Assembly: GCA_028716045.1 (NCBI GenBank)
Contig: JAQUQO010000001.1
Span: 192,942 to 256,941 of the forward strand
DNA length: 64,000 bases
Origin: Patescibacteria group bacterium
GTDB taxonomy: Bacteria; Patescibacteriota; Patescibacteriia; JAQUQO01
Direction of reading: 5' to 3'
Below, in pieces: positions 38,395 through 47,798 of the stretch. Under the pieces are notes generated by a model. The model was not told the DNA's origin. It searched no databases and saw only the letters and a program-made list of their open reading frames with translations. The translations under genes and the position numbers were made by a program. Within the stretch, counting starts at the first letter, position 1. Every line of letters begins with the position of its first letter.

Positions 38395-39405
38395 ATGATA
38401 CAGAAGGGGATACAATGGAACTGGAGGGTGATTGGCAATCGTAATATTGCCGATTTTTTACAAAATAACATTGCCAAAAACAATTTAGCTCACGCCTACC
38501 TTTTTGCCGGTCCGGAAAAAGTTGGCCGCAAGATTCTGGCCTATGAATTTATCTCTTCGTTATTTTGCGAGGATAAAAACGTGAAACCCTGTGGCAAGTG
38601 CCGGCAATGTCAGCAAATCGCCAAGGGAATCCATCCGGACGTTTATCATCTTTCTAAATTGGAAGAAAAAAAAGACATCATCATTGAGCAGGTGAGAGAG
38701 TTACAAAATAAATTAAGTTTAGGCTCCTTTTCTAACGGTTATAAAGTGGCGGTAATTGATGGCGCGGACTTATTGAATGAATCTTCGGCCAACAGTTTTT
38801 TAAAGACGCTGGAAGAGCCGACAGCCAAGACGATTATTATTTTGATAGCCGAGAAAGTTGATTTTTTGCCGGCAACAATTCTGTCGCGTTGTCAGATTTT
38901 AAAATTTTTACCAGTTAAAGAAAAAGAAATTTTTGATTATCTTTTATCCTTGGGCGCTCAACGCGCGGAGGCGGAAAATTTGGCGCACTTGTCCTTTGGC
39001 CGGCCGGGCCTAGCTCTTGATTTATTCCGCCAACGGGATTTGCTGGAAGAACATAATAAGAGAGTGAATGACTTTTTTCTCTTGTCTCAAGGCGAAATTT
39101 ATGAAAGGTTTGAAATCATAAATAATTTGGCCAATAGCAAGATAGAGAGAAATGTTTTGGTTAAAAATTTGGACAGTTCGCTCGGGATTTGGGCGTCGCT
39201 TTTAAGGGACATGGCCTATATCAAGAATGATTCTCTCGATTTTATCGCCAATTTGAATGTCAAGGAAAAATTACAAAAACTAGCGCAAAGATACTCTTTG
39301 GAGAAAATTGTGGAACTAATGGAAGAGCTTAACAAAACCAGGGATTATTTGGAAAGGAACGTGAATATCCGTTTGGCCCTGGAAAACTTTGTTTTAAATC
39401 TATAA
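38395..39405 (+). CDS. holB: DNA polymerase III delta-prime subunit
   Basis: AHAYLFAGPEKVGRK ... CGKCRQCQQIAKGIHPDV zinc module. Start chosen at 38395 to avoid overlap with the RAYT gene. Confidence 0.8.
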   Translation: MIQKGIQWNWRVIGNRNIADFLQNNIAKNNLAHAYLFAGPEKVGRKILAYEFISSLFCEDKNVKPCGKCRQCQQIAKGIHPDVYHLSKLEEKKDIIIEQVRELQNKLSLGSFSNGYKVAVIDGADLLNESSANSFLKTLEEPTAKTIIILIAEKVDFLPATILSRCQILKFLPVKEKEIFDYLLSLGAQRAEAENLAHLSFGRPGLALDLFRQRDLLEEHNKRVNDFFLLSQGEIYERFEIINNLANSKIERNVLVKNLDSSLGIWASLLRDMAYIKNDSLDFIANLNVKEKLQKLAQRYSLEKIVELMEELNKTRDYLERNVNIRLALENFVLNL

Positions 39406-39423
39406 ATTTTAAACATTATCCGT

Positions 39424-40482
39424 ATGTCCAGTAAAAAATTTTTTTTACTTTTCTCGGTTTTAACTATCTTTGTTTTATCCGGCGCCGGTTGCATCAGTTT
39501 TAAAAAATCCGGGAATGATTTGGGCGTTTTTAGAAGCGGTGACAAGGGCGATAATTGGCAGCAGAAAGTGTCGGTGGCGCACGTGGGCGTGGCAGATGTT
39601 TCCATTGCCGGAGTGAATATCAAAGATTTTGAAATTGATCCGTCGGACAGCAACGCTCTTTACGCTCTAAGCGAAGGTCAGGGTATTATCTATACTTACG
39701 ACAATGGAGACAGTTGGCAGTTGGTGAAATTTTTTTCCGGGAAAACAATTAATTCAATTGCCGTAGACAATAAAGATAAATGTAATCTTTATGCCGCGGT
39801 AGATAATAAGATTTTCAAATCCGATGATTGTAATCGCACCTGGAAGCTTATTTACGATGACCCGCGCGCGGACAATAAAATCAACGCCTTGGATTTGGAT
39901 TCTTTCAATACGCAGATTGTTTATGCCGGCTCATCGCAAGGGGATGTTCTTAAAAGTTTGGACGGAGGCAAAAGCTGGAAAGCGATTAATCGGCTAAAAA
40001 GCTCGGTGGAAAAAATTTTGATAAATCAAGCCAATGATACGCGCGTGGTCTTTGTGGCTACCCAGAAGAATGGTGTTTATAAAACCGCCAATGCCGGAGA
40101 GAGCTGGGAGGAATCGCAGGATATTTTAAGGACCTACGGCGGCGGTTTGGAATTTCGCGACATGGTTTATCAAAAGAATAGTTTAATTTTAGCCACCAAA
40201 TACGGCCTATTAAAAACTACGCTGGGCAATGAATGGCAGGCCTGGCAACCCATTAACTTGATTACTGCTCCGGGGACGGCTACTATTTATTCTTTGTCAG
40301 TTAACCCGCAGAATTCCGCGGAAATTTATTATGTGGCCGATAAAACATTTTATCGCACTGCGGACGGCGGGAAGACCTGGACAACCAAGGCGTTGCCGAC
40401 CACCGGCGCGGGGACGGCGTTACTTGTTAATTACGCCAACCCTAATATGTTGTATCTCGGAATTACCAAAATAAAGAAATAA
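39424..40482 (+). CDS. Secreted (possibly lipo-) protein with BNR/Asp-box beta-propeller repeats (Ycf48-like)
   Basis: Repeated S/D-x-D/N-G-G-x-S/T-W motifs (DKGDNWQ, DNGDSWQ, DGGKSWK, NAGESWE, DGGKTWT). Confidence 0.7.
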   Translation: MSSKKFFLLFSVLTIFVLSGAGCISFKKSGNDLGVFRSGDKGDNWQQKVSVAHVGVADVSIAGVNIKDFEIDPSDSNALYALSEGQGIIYTYDNGDSWQLVKFFSGKTINSIAVDNKDKCNLYAAVDNKIFKSDDCNRTWKLIYDDPRADNKINALDLDSFNTQIVYAGSSQGDVLKSLDGGKSWKAINRLKSSVEKILINQANDTRVVFVATQKNGVYKTANAGESWEESQDILRTYGGGLEFRDMVYQKNSLILATKYGLLKTTLGNEWQAWQPINLITAPGTATIYSLSVNPQNSAEIYYVADKTFYRTADGGKTWTTKALPTTGAGTALLVNYANPNMLYLGITKIKK

Positions 40483-40494
40483 GTTTTAAATACT

Positions 40495-41049
40495 ATGCAT
40501 CAATTAATCCAAAAACACGAGGGGGAATTCGCCCAAGCCCTTGAATTTATAAAAAAGGAAGTTTCCACTATCCAAACCGGCCGGGCCAACGCCGCGCTGG
40601 TGGAGGATATTTCGGTTGAGGCCTATGGGGTCAGGACACCCTTGAAACAATTGGCCAGCATTGGCGTGCCGGAAGCGAGAACGATTACCATTGAACCCTG
40701 GGATAAAAATATTGGCAAAGATATTGAAAAAGCCATTAGGGACTCCGGTCGCGGGCTGAATCCGATAAATGAAGGGGGGGTGGTCAGAATAAATATCCCG
40801 CAGATGACGGAGGAAACGAGAAAGGATTTATTGAAATTGCTTAATAAAAAAATAGAAGAGGGGAAGATAAAGCTAAGGGCGGTTCGCGAGAAAATTCGCG
40901 AAGAAATTATTGCCGCCGAAAAGAGCAAAGAAATTACCGAGGACGATAAATACGCTTTGCAGAAGGAGCTAGATGAGGTGACCGGGGATTATAATAAAAA
41001 AGTGGAAGAAATTACCAAAAAGAAAGAAGAAGAAATCACCACGATTTAA
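40495..41049 (+). CDS. frr: Ribosome recycling factor
   Basis: 184 aa, typical RRF sequence. Confidence 0.9.
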   Translation: MHQLIQKHEGEFAQALEFIKKEVSTIQTGRANAALVEDISVEAYGVRTPLKQLASIGVPEARTITIEPWDKNIGKDIEKAIRDSGRGLNPINEGGVVRINIPQMTEETRKDLLKLLNKKIEEGKIKLRAVREKIREEIIAAEKSKEITEDDKYALQKELDEVTGDYNKKVEEITKKKEEEITTI

Positions 41050-41052
41050 ATT

Positions 41053-42522
41053 ATGGCAAAAAATAAAAAAGAAGAAGCTCCCGTTTCCGCTCAAAACGGA
41101 AAGATGGAAAAGATTGTGTCTCTTTGCAAGAGGCGCGGTTTTGTTTTCCCGGGCTCGGAGATTTACGGCGGATTGGCCAATTCGTGGGATTACGGCCCTT
41201 ATGGCGTGGAGATGAAAAATAATATCAAGCAAAAATGGTGGAAATTTTTTGTGCAGGAACGCGAAGATATGGTGGGGATTGACGCCGCTCTGATTATGAA
41301 TCCTAAGGTTTGGGAAGCGAGTGGGCATTTGAAAGAGTTTTCTGACCCATTGGTGGAATGTAAAAATCAGAAATGTCATAAACGTTTTCGTTGGGATCAG
41401 ATAAAAGTTATGTACGAAGGGCCTCGAGCAGAATTAGATGAGCTTGGTCCAGATGAAGATATACTCGGTGCTTTTTGGATTTGTGAAAATTGTGGAACTA
41501 AAAACCTTGGCATTGAAACAAAAGGTAGAGAAGGTGATTTAAGAGGAAAATTTGATGTTAAACAATTTAATCTGATGTTTAAGACTTTTATCGGTCCGTC
41601 AGAGGAACAAGCGAATGTCGCTTATTTGCGGCCGGAAAACGCGCAAGGGATGTTCGTTAATTTTAAAAATGTTTTGAATACCACTCGTCGGCGTTTGCCT
41701 TTCGGCATTGCTCAAATCGGCAGGAATTTTCGCAACGAAATTACGCCCGGCAATTTTATTTTCCGCACGCGCGAATTTGAAATCGCGGAGCTGGAATATT
41801 TTATCAGACCGGAAGGTTGGGAAAAGAAATTTGAAATGTGGTTAGAGGACATCAAAATTTGGTGGCGAGATGTCATGCGGATTAATATGAATAATTTAAT
41901 CTGGCACGAAATCCCCGATGGAGAACGGGCGCATTATTCTAAACGCACAGTTGATATTGAGTATAAATATCCTTTTGGTGTAAAGGAACTGCATGGTATC
42001 GCTTATCGCACAGATTTTGATTTGCGCCGGCACGAGGAAGTTTCCGGGGAAGATTTAAAATATACCGACCCGGAAACGGGGGAAAAGATATTGCCGCACG
42101 TGATTGAGCCGACGTTTGGCGTGGACCGCATGTTGCTGGTTTCTTTGCTGGAAGCTTATCAGGAAGAAAGCGCGCCAACGGGCGAAGGGGAAGAGGATAC
42201 GCGCGTGGTAATGAAATTTCCCTCGTGGCTTGCGCCCATTAAAATCGCCATTTTACCTTTATCTAAAAAAGAGGATTTATCAAAACTATCGCACGAGATT
42301 TATAACGAACTGCGTAAAAATTATACGTGCGAATATGATGAGACCCAGTCCATCGGCAAGCGCTACCGCCGGCAGGACGAAATTGGCACGCCGTATTGCG
42401 TGACGGTTGATTTTGAAAGTTTAGAAGATAAAAAGGTGACCATCCGTGAGCGCGACAGTATGAAACAAGAGAGAGTTGATATTGCCGACTTGGTAAATAT
42501 TTTTCAAGATAAGTTAAAATAG
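41053..42522 (+). CDS. glyQS: Glycine--tRNA ligase (alpha2 dimeric type)
   Basis: FVFPGSEIYGGLANSWDYGPYGVEMKNN N-terminal signature. Confidence 0.9.
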   Translation: MAKNKKEEAPVSAQNGKMEKIVSLCKRRGFVFPGSEIYGGLANSWDYGPYGVEMKNNIKQKWWKFFVQEREDMVGIDAALIMNPKVWEASGHLKEFSDPLVECKNQKCHKRFRWDQIKVMYEGPRAELDELGPDEDILGAFWICENCGTKNLGIETKGREGDLRGKFDVKQFNLMFKTFIGPSEEQANVAYLRPENAQGMFVNFKNVLNTTRRRLPFGIAQIGRNFRNEITPGNFIFRTREFEIAELEYFIRPEGWEKKFEMWLEDIKIWWRDVMRINMNNLIWHEIPDGERAHYSKRTVDIEYKYPFGVKELHGIAYRTDFDLRRHEEVSGEDLKYTDPETGEKILPHVIEPTFGVDRMLLVSLLEAYQEESAPTGEGEEDTRVVMKFPSWLAPIKIAILPLSKKEDLSKLSHEIYNELRKNYTCEYDETQSIGKRYRRQDEIGTPYCVTVDFESLEDKKVTIRERDSMKQERVDIADLVNIFQDKLK

Positions 42523-43800
42523 ATGTACGAGAAAAAAGTTTTACCCAATGGAGCAAAATTGATTTTTATCCCTCAAAAAGAAACCAAAGCAGTCACCGCT
42601 CTGGTTCTTTTTCGTGTTGGCTCAAGATACGAATCCGGAGAGTTGAACGGCGTTTCCCATTTCATAGAGCATCTGATGTTTAAGGGCACCAAGAAGCGTC
42701 CGACGACGTTGGCCATTTCCCGCGACCTCGATTCCATCGGCGCGGATTATAACGCTTTTACCGCTAAAGACCATACGGGCTATTATATCAAAGCTAATAA
42801 AGAAAAAGTCGGCGTGGCCTTGGACGTTCTTTCTGACATACTCTGGCAGTCAAAATTCAGCGCCGGGGAATTGGAAAAAGAACGGGGCGTGATTATTGAA
42901 GAAATTAATATGTATGAAGATACGCCGATGATATATCTGGACGATCTATTTGAAAAGAATTTATACGCCGGAAACAAACTTGGCCAGCTGATTTCGGGCC
43001 CCAAAGAAAATATCCAGCGGCTGAAGAGGGAGGAAATACTGGGCTATAAAAATAAATTTTATTCTCCGGAAAATATGGTGGTGGCGCTGGCCGGCAATAT
43101 CGGCGGGGGAGACAGAAAGTTAGCGGAAAAATATTTTGGCAAAATTAAGGCCGGCGGTGAAGTCACGCCCACTTTTGAGAATTTTAAAATTTCACCAAAA
43201 AATTTCGCGGGTCCGGATGTGGCCATTTTTTACAAAGAGACTGAGCAGATTCATCTGGCTTTAGGGTGGCCGGCTTTATCGCATGATGACCCGAGAATTT
43301 ACGCCCTGAATTTACTTGGAATTATTTTGGGTGGGACAATGAGCTCGCGCTTGTTCATTAATATCCGCGAAAAGAAAGGCCTCTGTTATTATATCAGCGC
43401 CGGCGCGGAGACCTATGAAGATACGGGTCATTTCAAAATCCAGGCCGGGCTTGATAAATCCAGAATCAAAGAGGCGATTCCGTTGATTCTGGCGGAGGTG
43501 CGGAAAGTTCTCAACGCCGGAGTGACGGCCGCGGAACTTGTTCGCGCTAGAGATTATCTTAAAGGACGGACGATTTTGGCGTTGGAGGATTCCAGCGCGC
43601 TGGCGAGCTGGTTTGGCCGGCAGGAGCTTTTGTGTAAAGAAGTTTTAACGCCGGAAGAAAAATTTGCTAAGATAGACGAAGTGGGGAGTAATGATATTTC
43701 GGCTGTGGCGCGCGAGGTTTTTCAGCCGGATTTTTTGCGGGGCGCGCTGATTGGGCCGTTTAAAGATTTTGGAGAATTTCGCCCCTTGCTAAAATTTTAA
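42523..43800 (+). CDS. M16-family zinc peptidase (insulinase-like)
   Basis: HFIEHLMFKGT inverted zinc-binding motif HxxEH. Confidence 0.8.
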   Translation: MYEKKVLPNGAKLIFIPQKETKAVTALVLFRVGSRYESGELNGVSHFIEHLMFKGTKKRPTTLAISRDLDSIGADYNAFTAKDHTGYYIKANKEKVGVALDVLSDILWQSKFSAGELEKERGVIIEEINMYEDTPMIYLDDLFEKNLYAGNKLGQLISGPKENIQRLKREEILGYKNKFYSPENMVVALAGNIGGGDRKLAEKYFGKIKAGGEVTPTFENFKISPKNFAGPDVAIFYKETEQIHLALGWPALSHDDPRIYALNLLGIILGGTMSSRLFINIREKKGLCYYISAGAETYEDTGHFKIQAGLDKSRIKEAIPLILAEVRKVLNAGVTAAELVRARDYLKGRTILALEDSSALASWFGRQELLCKEVLTPEEKFAKIDEVGSNDISAVAREVFQPDFLRGALIGPFKDFGEFRPLLKF

Positions 43801-43812
43801 TCCTTAATTAAT

Positions 43813-44583
43813 TTGGTTATGAAAATTTTTTTTACTATCGCCAATTGGAAAATGAATTTAGGGTTAAAAGATTCGGTCAAGCTTGCCCGCGCTGTCATTA
43901 AAATTAAAAATAATCATAAAAAGAATAAAATAGTGCTTTGCCCGTCGTTCACCAGTTTGGAAAGGGTCGGAAGTTTGATTAAGCGCACGCCCCTAGAACT
44001 AGGCGCGCAGGATATGTTTTGGGAAGAAAGGGGAGCGTTTACCGGAGAAATTTCCCCGGCGATGCTCAAGGAGGCGGGGGTTAAATACGTAATTTTGGGG
44101 CATTCGGAAAGGCGGAATTATTTGAAGGAAACCGATAAAATAGTGGGGCTGAAAACCCGCGCGGCTCTAAAAAATGGCCTGATTCCAATTGTTTGTATCG
44201 GCGAAACCGCCGAAGAAAGAAGGGCGGGAAATTATTGGAGAGTTCTAAGCGGGCAAATCGCCGAGATTTTCAGAGACCTTAAACTTTCTCCGGGAGTCAG
44301 GATATTTGTGGCCTATGAACCAATTTGGGCAATAGGTACTGGGAAATTTTTAGATGCCGCCGCAGCCGCTGAAGCGCATCTGTTTATCAGAAAGAAAATT
44401 TCGGAAATTTTTTCATCCACTGTGGCGCGGAGTAATTTTACTATTATCTACGGCGGCAGTGTTGACAGTAAAAGCATTTTAGGGTTTACTAAAGAACAAG
44501 AAATACAAGGAGTGTTGGTAGGCGGGGCGGCGCAGAAGCTTGCCAGTTTTAAAGAATTAATAAAGAAATCGCAATGCTTATAA
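43813..44583 (+). CDS. tpiA: Triosephosphate isomerase
   Basis: ANWKMN, GHSERR, IAYEPIWAIGTG motifs. Confidence 0.9.
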   Translation: MVMKIFFTIANWKMNLGLKDSVKLARAVIKIKNNHKKNKIVLCPSFTSLERVGSLIKRTPLELGAQDMFWEERGAFTGEISPAMLKEAGVKYVILGHSERRNYLKETDKIVGLKTRAALKNGLIPIVCIGETAEERRAGNYWRVLSGQIAEIFRDLKLSPGVRIFVAYEPIWAIGTGKFLDAAAAAEAHLFIRKKISEIFSSTVARSNFTIIYGGSVDSKSILGFTKEQEIQGVLVGGAAQKLASFKELIKKSQCL

Positions 44584-45356
44584 ACATAAGTTTGATAATT
44601 TTGGGGGGTTGTCTTTTAATTTTAATTGTGATTGCCGTGAGAAAATTTCCCAACTTGGCGGCTATTGACGTCAAATCAATACCCGAGGAACAACAAGCGG
44701 AAAAGAAGGAGCAAATTTTGACCAGTCGATTTAAGGGATTACTCGGTAAAATTAAATCTTGGGGTAAAGAGCTTTTTGGGCCTACCAGCGATATTTTAAG
44801 GGAAAGTTTTTGGAGACTGCATAACAAGCTTTTAGATTTGGAAAAAAGATACAAAAAATCCTCTATGGTAACTGCGGAAAATGGAGAAAACATTGAGCAA
44901 AAAATCACTCATCTTTTACGCGAAGCGGAAGAATTAATTAAAGAAAAAAAGTTCATGGAAGCGGAGCAGAAATATATCACGATTATTAGTTTGGATATAA
45001 AAAATACCGAGGCCTACGAGGGGCTGGTAGGGATTTATATTGAGGGAAAGGAATACGAGCAAGCTCTTCAGACGCTTGATTATTTGATTAAAATCAATCC
45101 GCAAAATTTTGTTTATTATATTGAACTGGGAGAAATTTTTAAGATTCTGGGCGATAAGGAAAAATTATTGGCCAATGCCAAATTAGCGGTTAAATCTTCG
45201 CCCCATAACCCTCGCACGCTTGATTTCCTTTTAGAATCTGCTATAATAGGAGAAAATAAAAAATTAGCCGAGGATACTTTGAAAAAATTAGAAGAGGTAA
45301 ATCCAGAAAACGAAAAATTATCGGAATTTAAAGAAAGGATTAAGGAAATAAAATAA
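44574..45356 (+). CDS. Membrane-anchored TPR-repeat protein
   Basis: N-terminal TM then TPR-like helical repeats. Confidence 0.55.
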   Translation: MLINISLIILGGCLLILIVIAVRKFPNLAAIDVKSIPEEQQAEKKEQILTSRFKGLLGKIKSWGKELFGPTSDILRESFWRLHNKLLDLEKRYKKSSMVTAENGENIEQKITHLLREAEELIKEKKFMEAEQKYITIISLDIKNTEAYEGLVGIYIEGKEYEQALQTLDYLIKINPQNFVYYIELGEIFKILGDKEKLLANAKLAVKSSPHNPRTLDFLLESAIIGENKKLAEDTLKKLEEVNPENEKLSEFKERIKEIK

Positions 45357-45357
45357 T

Positions 45358-45470
45358 GCCGTTGTAGCCCGCCCGGCACGCCTACGGCGAAGCCGTGGCG
45401 GACGGGTTCAGTTGGTAGGGCGGGGCGAGCAGTTGGCTGACCAGCCTTTGGCTGGGACTAATATTTATTC
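45358..45470 (+). repeat. Partial 5' copy of tRNA-Thr(GGU) (gccgttgtagc ... tcagttggtag) interrupted by a 39-bp GC-rich imperfect hairpin
   Basis: The first 11 nt and the D-loop segment are identical to the tRNA at 45479. The insert cccgcccggcacgcctacggcgaagccgtggcggacgggt is about 75% GC. Confidence 0.55.
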
Positions 45471-45478
45471 GTTTATAT

Positions 45479-45551
45479 GCCGTTGTAGCTCAGTTGGTAG
45501 AGCAACTCCATGGTAAGGAGTAGGTCCGCGGTTCAAGCCCGCGCAACGGCT
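45479..45551 (+). tRNA. tRNA-Thr (anticodon GGU)
   Basis: Hand-folded cloverleaf: acceptor gccgttg/caacggc, anticodon loop aTGGTaa, T-loop ttcaagc. Confidence 0.75.
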
Positions 45552-45653
45552 CAGAGGCCTTTTTAAAAAATATTTTGTAGGTGCGATACCGCTGTCGCAC
45601 CTCTGTTTTAAGATAAAAGAGCGACAGTTTTGCCTGCCCGCCAGTCGCTAAGT

Positions 45654-45726
45654 GCCGAGGTAGCTCAGCTGGTAGAGCAGCAGTTTTGTAAACTGCGGGT
45701 CGCAGGTTCGAATCCTGTCCTCGGCT
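45654..45726 (+). tRNA. tRNA-Thr (anticodon UGU)
   Basis: Acceptor gccgagg/cctcggc, anticodon loop ttTGTaa, T-loop ttcgaat. Confidence 0.75.
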
Positions 45727-45759
45727 CTGGTTCAGTAAGTAAATCAATTGCTCCTTTTC

Positions 45760-45830
45760 GGTTTCCGCCAAAGGCGGACCCGGTCGGATGACCGGGCGAA
45801 TCCGACGGGTGGCTTCAGATTATTAATTAA
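45760..45830 (+). repeat. GC-rich nested hairpins (ccgccaaaggcgg; gacccggtcggatgaccgggcgaatccgacgggtgg) resembling an expanded version of the GTCGCGAC-core hairpin arms
   Basis: Arms gacccggtcgg / ccgacgggtgg read directly. Confidence 0.4.
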
Positions 45831-45840
45831 TTTTATTTTT

Positions 45841-45996
45841 ATGTCACAAGACAATCTCATTAAATTAGAATGCTCGGAATGCAAAAGGGTTACCCATTTT
45901 TCTAAGAAAAATAAAAAAACACTTAGAGAGCGTTTAGCGATGAAAAAATATTGCCGACATTGCAAAAAACACACACCGCATAAGGAAACAAAATAG
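45841..45996 (+). CDS. rpmG: 50S ribosomal protein L33
   Basis: MSQDNLIKLECSECKRVTHFSKKNKKTLRERLAMKKYCRHCKKHTPHKETK. CxxC...CxxC and KNxxxxPxRLELKKYC pattern of L33. Confidence 0.85.
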   Translation: MSQDNLIKLECSECKRVTHFSKKNKKTLRERLAMKKYCRHCKKHTPHKETK

Positions 45997-46026
45997 TCGA
46001 TGACTATAAGCCGATAGCTTATAGTT

Positions 46027-46097
46027 CTCGGGGGGTTCGTATAATGGTAGTACAGGGGTCTCACCCGTCAGTCGCGACTGACGGGTGTCTCCAAAAC
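46027..46097 (+). pseudogene. Partial 5' copy of tRNA-Trp (acceptor through anticodon loop) with a 25-bp GTCGCGAC-core hairpin (46063-46087) inserted in the anticodon loop
   Basis: ctcggggggttcgtataatggtagtacaggggtctc + acccgtcagtcgcgactgacgggtg + tctccaaaac; the flanking tc(tc) is duplicated. Confidence 0.6.
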
Positions 46098-46101
46098 TTT
46101 T

Positions 46102-46353
46102 ATGTATTATATTTATATTCTACATATAGAAGGGATTAAGGGTAAAAATTTTTATATTGGTTATACTGCGGATTTGAAAAATAGACTTAAGGAACATTTA
46201 CTAGGGAGAGTTAGAACAACCAGAGGTAGAAACCCAAAATTAATTTATTTTGAAGCTTATGGTGGTAAATATCTAGCTTTAAAAAGAGAAAAAGGTTTAA
46301 AAAATAGTGGTTCCGTTTATAATGCCTTGTTGAGACGTTTAAGTTTAAAATAA
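46102..46353 (+). CDS. Small GIY-YIG nuclease-superfamily protein (YhbQ/UPF0213-like)
   Basis: YYIYILH..GIKGKNFYIGYTADLKNRLKEH..G.....RGR.P.L.Y.E......AL..E..LK matches the YhbQ-type GIY-YIG pattern. Confidence 0.7.
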   Translation: MYYIYILHIEGIKGKNFYIGYTADLKNRLKEHLLGRVRTTRGRNPKLIYFEAYGGKYLALKREKGLKNSGSVYNALLRRLSLK

Positions 46354-46359
46354 AAACTC

Positions 46360-46433
46360 GGGGGGTTCGTATAATGGTAGTACAGGGGTCTCCAAAACCT
46401 CTAGCGTGGGTTCGATTCCTACACCCCCTGCCA
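46360..46433 (+). tRNA. tRNA-Trp (anticodon CCA), 3' CCA encoded
   Basis: Acceptor ggggggt/accccct (G1-U72), anticodon loop ctCCAaa, T-loop ttcgatt. Confidence 0.75.
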
Positions 46434-46448
46434 GAATTAATTAAAAGT

Positions 46449-46658
46449 ATGAATCGAGAAAATATTAATTCAAGCCCAGAACAAAAGAAAGAGTTAAGGA
46501 GGTATGTTTACACGGACCATAAGATTGAAAAGGTTATTTTTGAATGTGAAGCCGGGGATATTCTAGAAGCCGATGAGTTGTATAAAAAAGCCACTGGCAA
46601 TGATTCAAGTAAGCAAGCTTACGTTGGCATTCAGATTTTGGAAATAAAGAAAGAATAA
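46449..46658 (+). CDS. Hypothetical small protein (69 aa)
   Basis: ORF starting just after the tRNA; the track ORF 46374 would overlap the tRNA, so the later start was chosen. Confidence 0.4.
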   Translation: MNRENINSSPEQKKELRRYVYTDHKIEKVIFECEAGDILEADELYKKATGNDSSKQAYVGIQILEIKKE

Positions 46659-46708
46659 GAATTCGTTTTCCGGGCGTTTTTTAATATAGTTGAGTAAATT
46701 TTTTAAAT

Positions 46709-47656
46709 ATGTTCAAATCAACATTTGAAAAGCCCGCCAAGGGGGAGAAGCGACAGGAAAAATTTGCGGAGTTGATTAAGAATATCGCGGCGGAGACAAA
46801 TGAATATCTCAATCGCTTTATTGAAGACGAAAGGGGTAAAAATATCGTCGGGGAAGACGGGCATATTGAGATGCGTTCTTTTTGGACAAAAAAGGGCGGA
46901 CCGTTTGCTAAAACCGGAGAGGGGAGCGTAAGCGAAGACGAAGATTTTGTCTTAGAGCGCCGAAAAATTTTCAGCGGAATTTGGAATGATGACGGTAAGG
47001 AAGATAAAAACATTAAAGATTATTACCGCGATACTTTTAATTGTGGCACCGAAGAGGAAATGGTGAAACAGTGGAGCAAGAATCAGGAAAAAAGCTACGG
47101 GGCGTTGTTGGAAAAGGCGCTTTTGAGTATTTTATATAAGGCCCTGCGCAAGGATTTCATTGTGGTTCATTCCTCGGTTTACGACGATTATGCCAACGGC
47201 GTGGATTACGTGATTGTCAATAAAGAAACGGGCGATGTGGCTTGCGCTTTTGACGGGGTTAATGACGATAAGGGAGGGGAGAGATTTGAGAAAAAAATAA
47301 AAAAAATCAGGGATAAATCAAAAAAAGACGGAGCGGTATTGAAATACGGAATTACTTTTGAAAAATCTGATGGTGGGAAGAAGCTGGTTAAAAAGGAACT
47401 AAGCGGCATTCCGGTTTTTTGTCTGTCAATTTCCCGCGACGAACTGGATAAATTATTGGGCAAGATGAATTATGATTTATCCGGCGGTTTATCAGATGAG
47501 GAGGCAGAAGTTTTCGGTAATTTGATTGAATTGTTAAAATCGCAGACGGCGGATTTGGAACATGCCGGTTTATCGGAAAAAGTAAAAGATAATCTGGCGA
47601 AGTTTAAAATTTCTTTGGCTAAAATGGAGGAGTCAGCTGCGAAAAAGAGAAATTAA
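46709..47656 (+). CDS. Hypothetical Lys/Glu-rich protein (315 aa)
   Basis: ORF; no family recognised. Confidence 0.5.
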   Translation: MFKSTFEKPAKGEKRQEKFAELIKNIAAETNEYLNRFIEDERGKNIVGEDGHIEMRSFWTKKGGPFAKTGEGSVSEDEDFVLERRKIFSGIWNDDGKEDKNIKDYYRDTFNCGTEEEMVKQWSKNQEKSYGALLEKALLSILYKALRKDFIVVHSSVYDDYANGVDYVIVNKETGDVACAFDGVNDDKGGERFEKKIKKIRDKSKKDGAVLKYGITFEKSDGGKKLVKKELSGIPVFCLSISRDELDKLLGKMNYDLSGGLSDEEAEVFGNLIELLKSQTADLEHAGLSEKVKDNLAKFKISLAKMEESAAKKRN

Positions 47657-47798
47657 TTTTAGTATTATGAAAATAATTTTTTATTTAAATAGCGTTTTTT
47701 GAATATTAATAATCTAACCAACAGAGGGCAAAACAATGAGTGATGAAAGAGAAAAGAAAGGGCAAAATGGCTAGGAAAAACCGCCGGTAAGCGGAATC

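Noticed and set aside
45490-45771. 93-aa minus-strand ORF (MAETEKEQLIYLL...)
   Set aside because: It is the antisense translation of two tRNA-Thr genes and their spacer, a classic artefact of tRNA sequences.
46027-46436. Group I intron with a homing endonuclease splitting tRNA-Trp
   Set aside because: The downstream tRNA-Trp is complete and uninterrupted. The intervening 330 bp is too short for a group I core plus ORF and shows no P/Q/R/S-like elements. It is better explained by insertion with partial target duplication.
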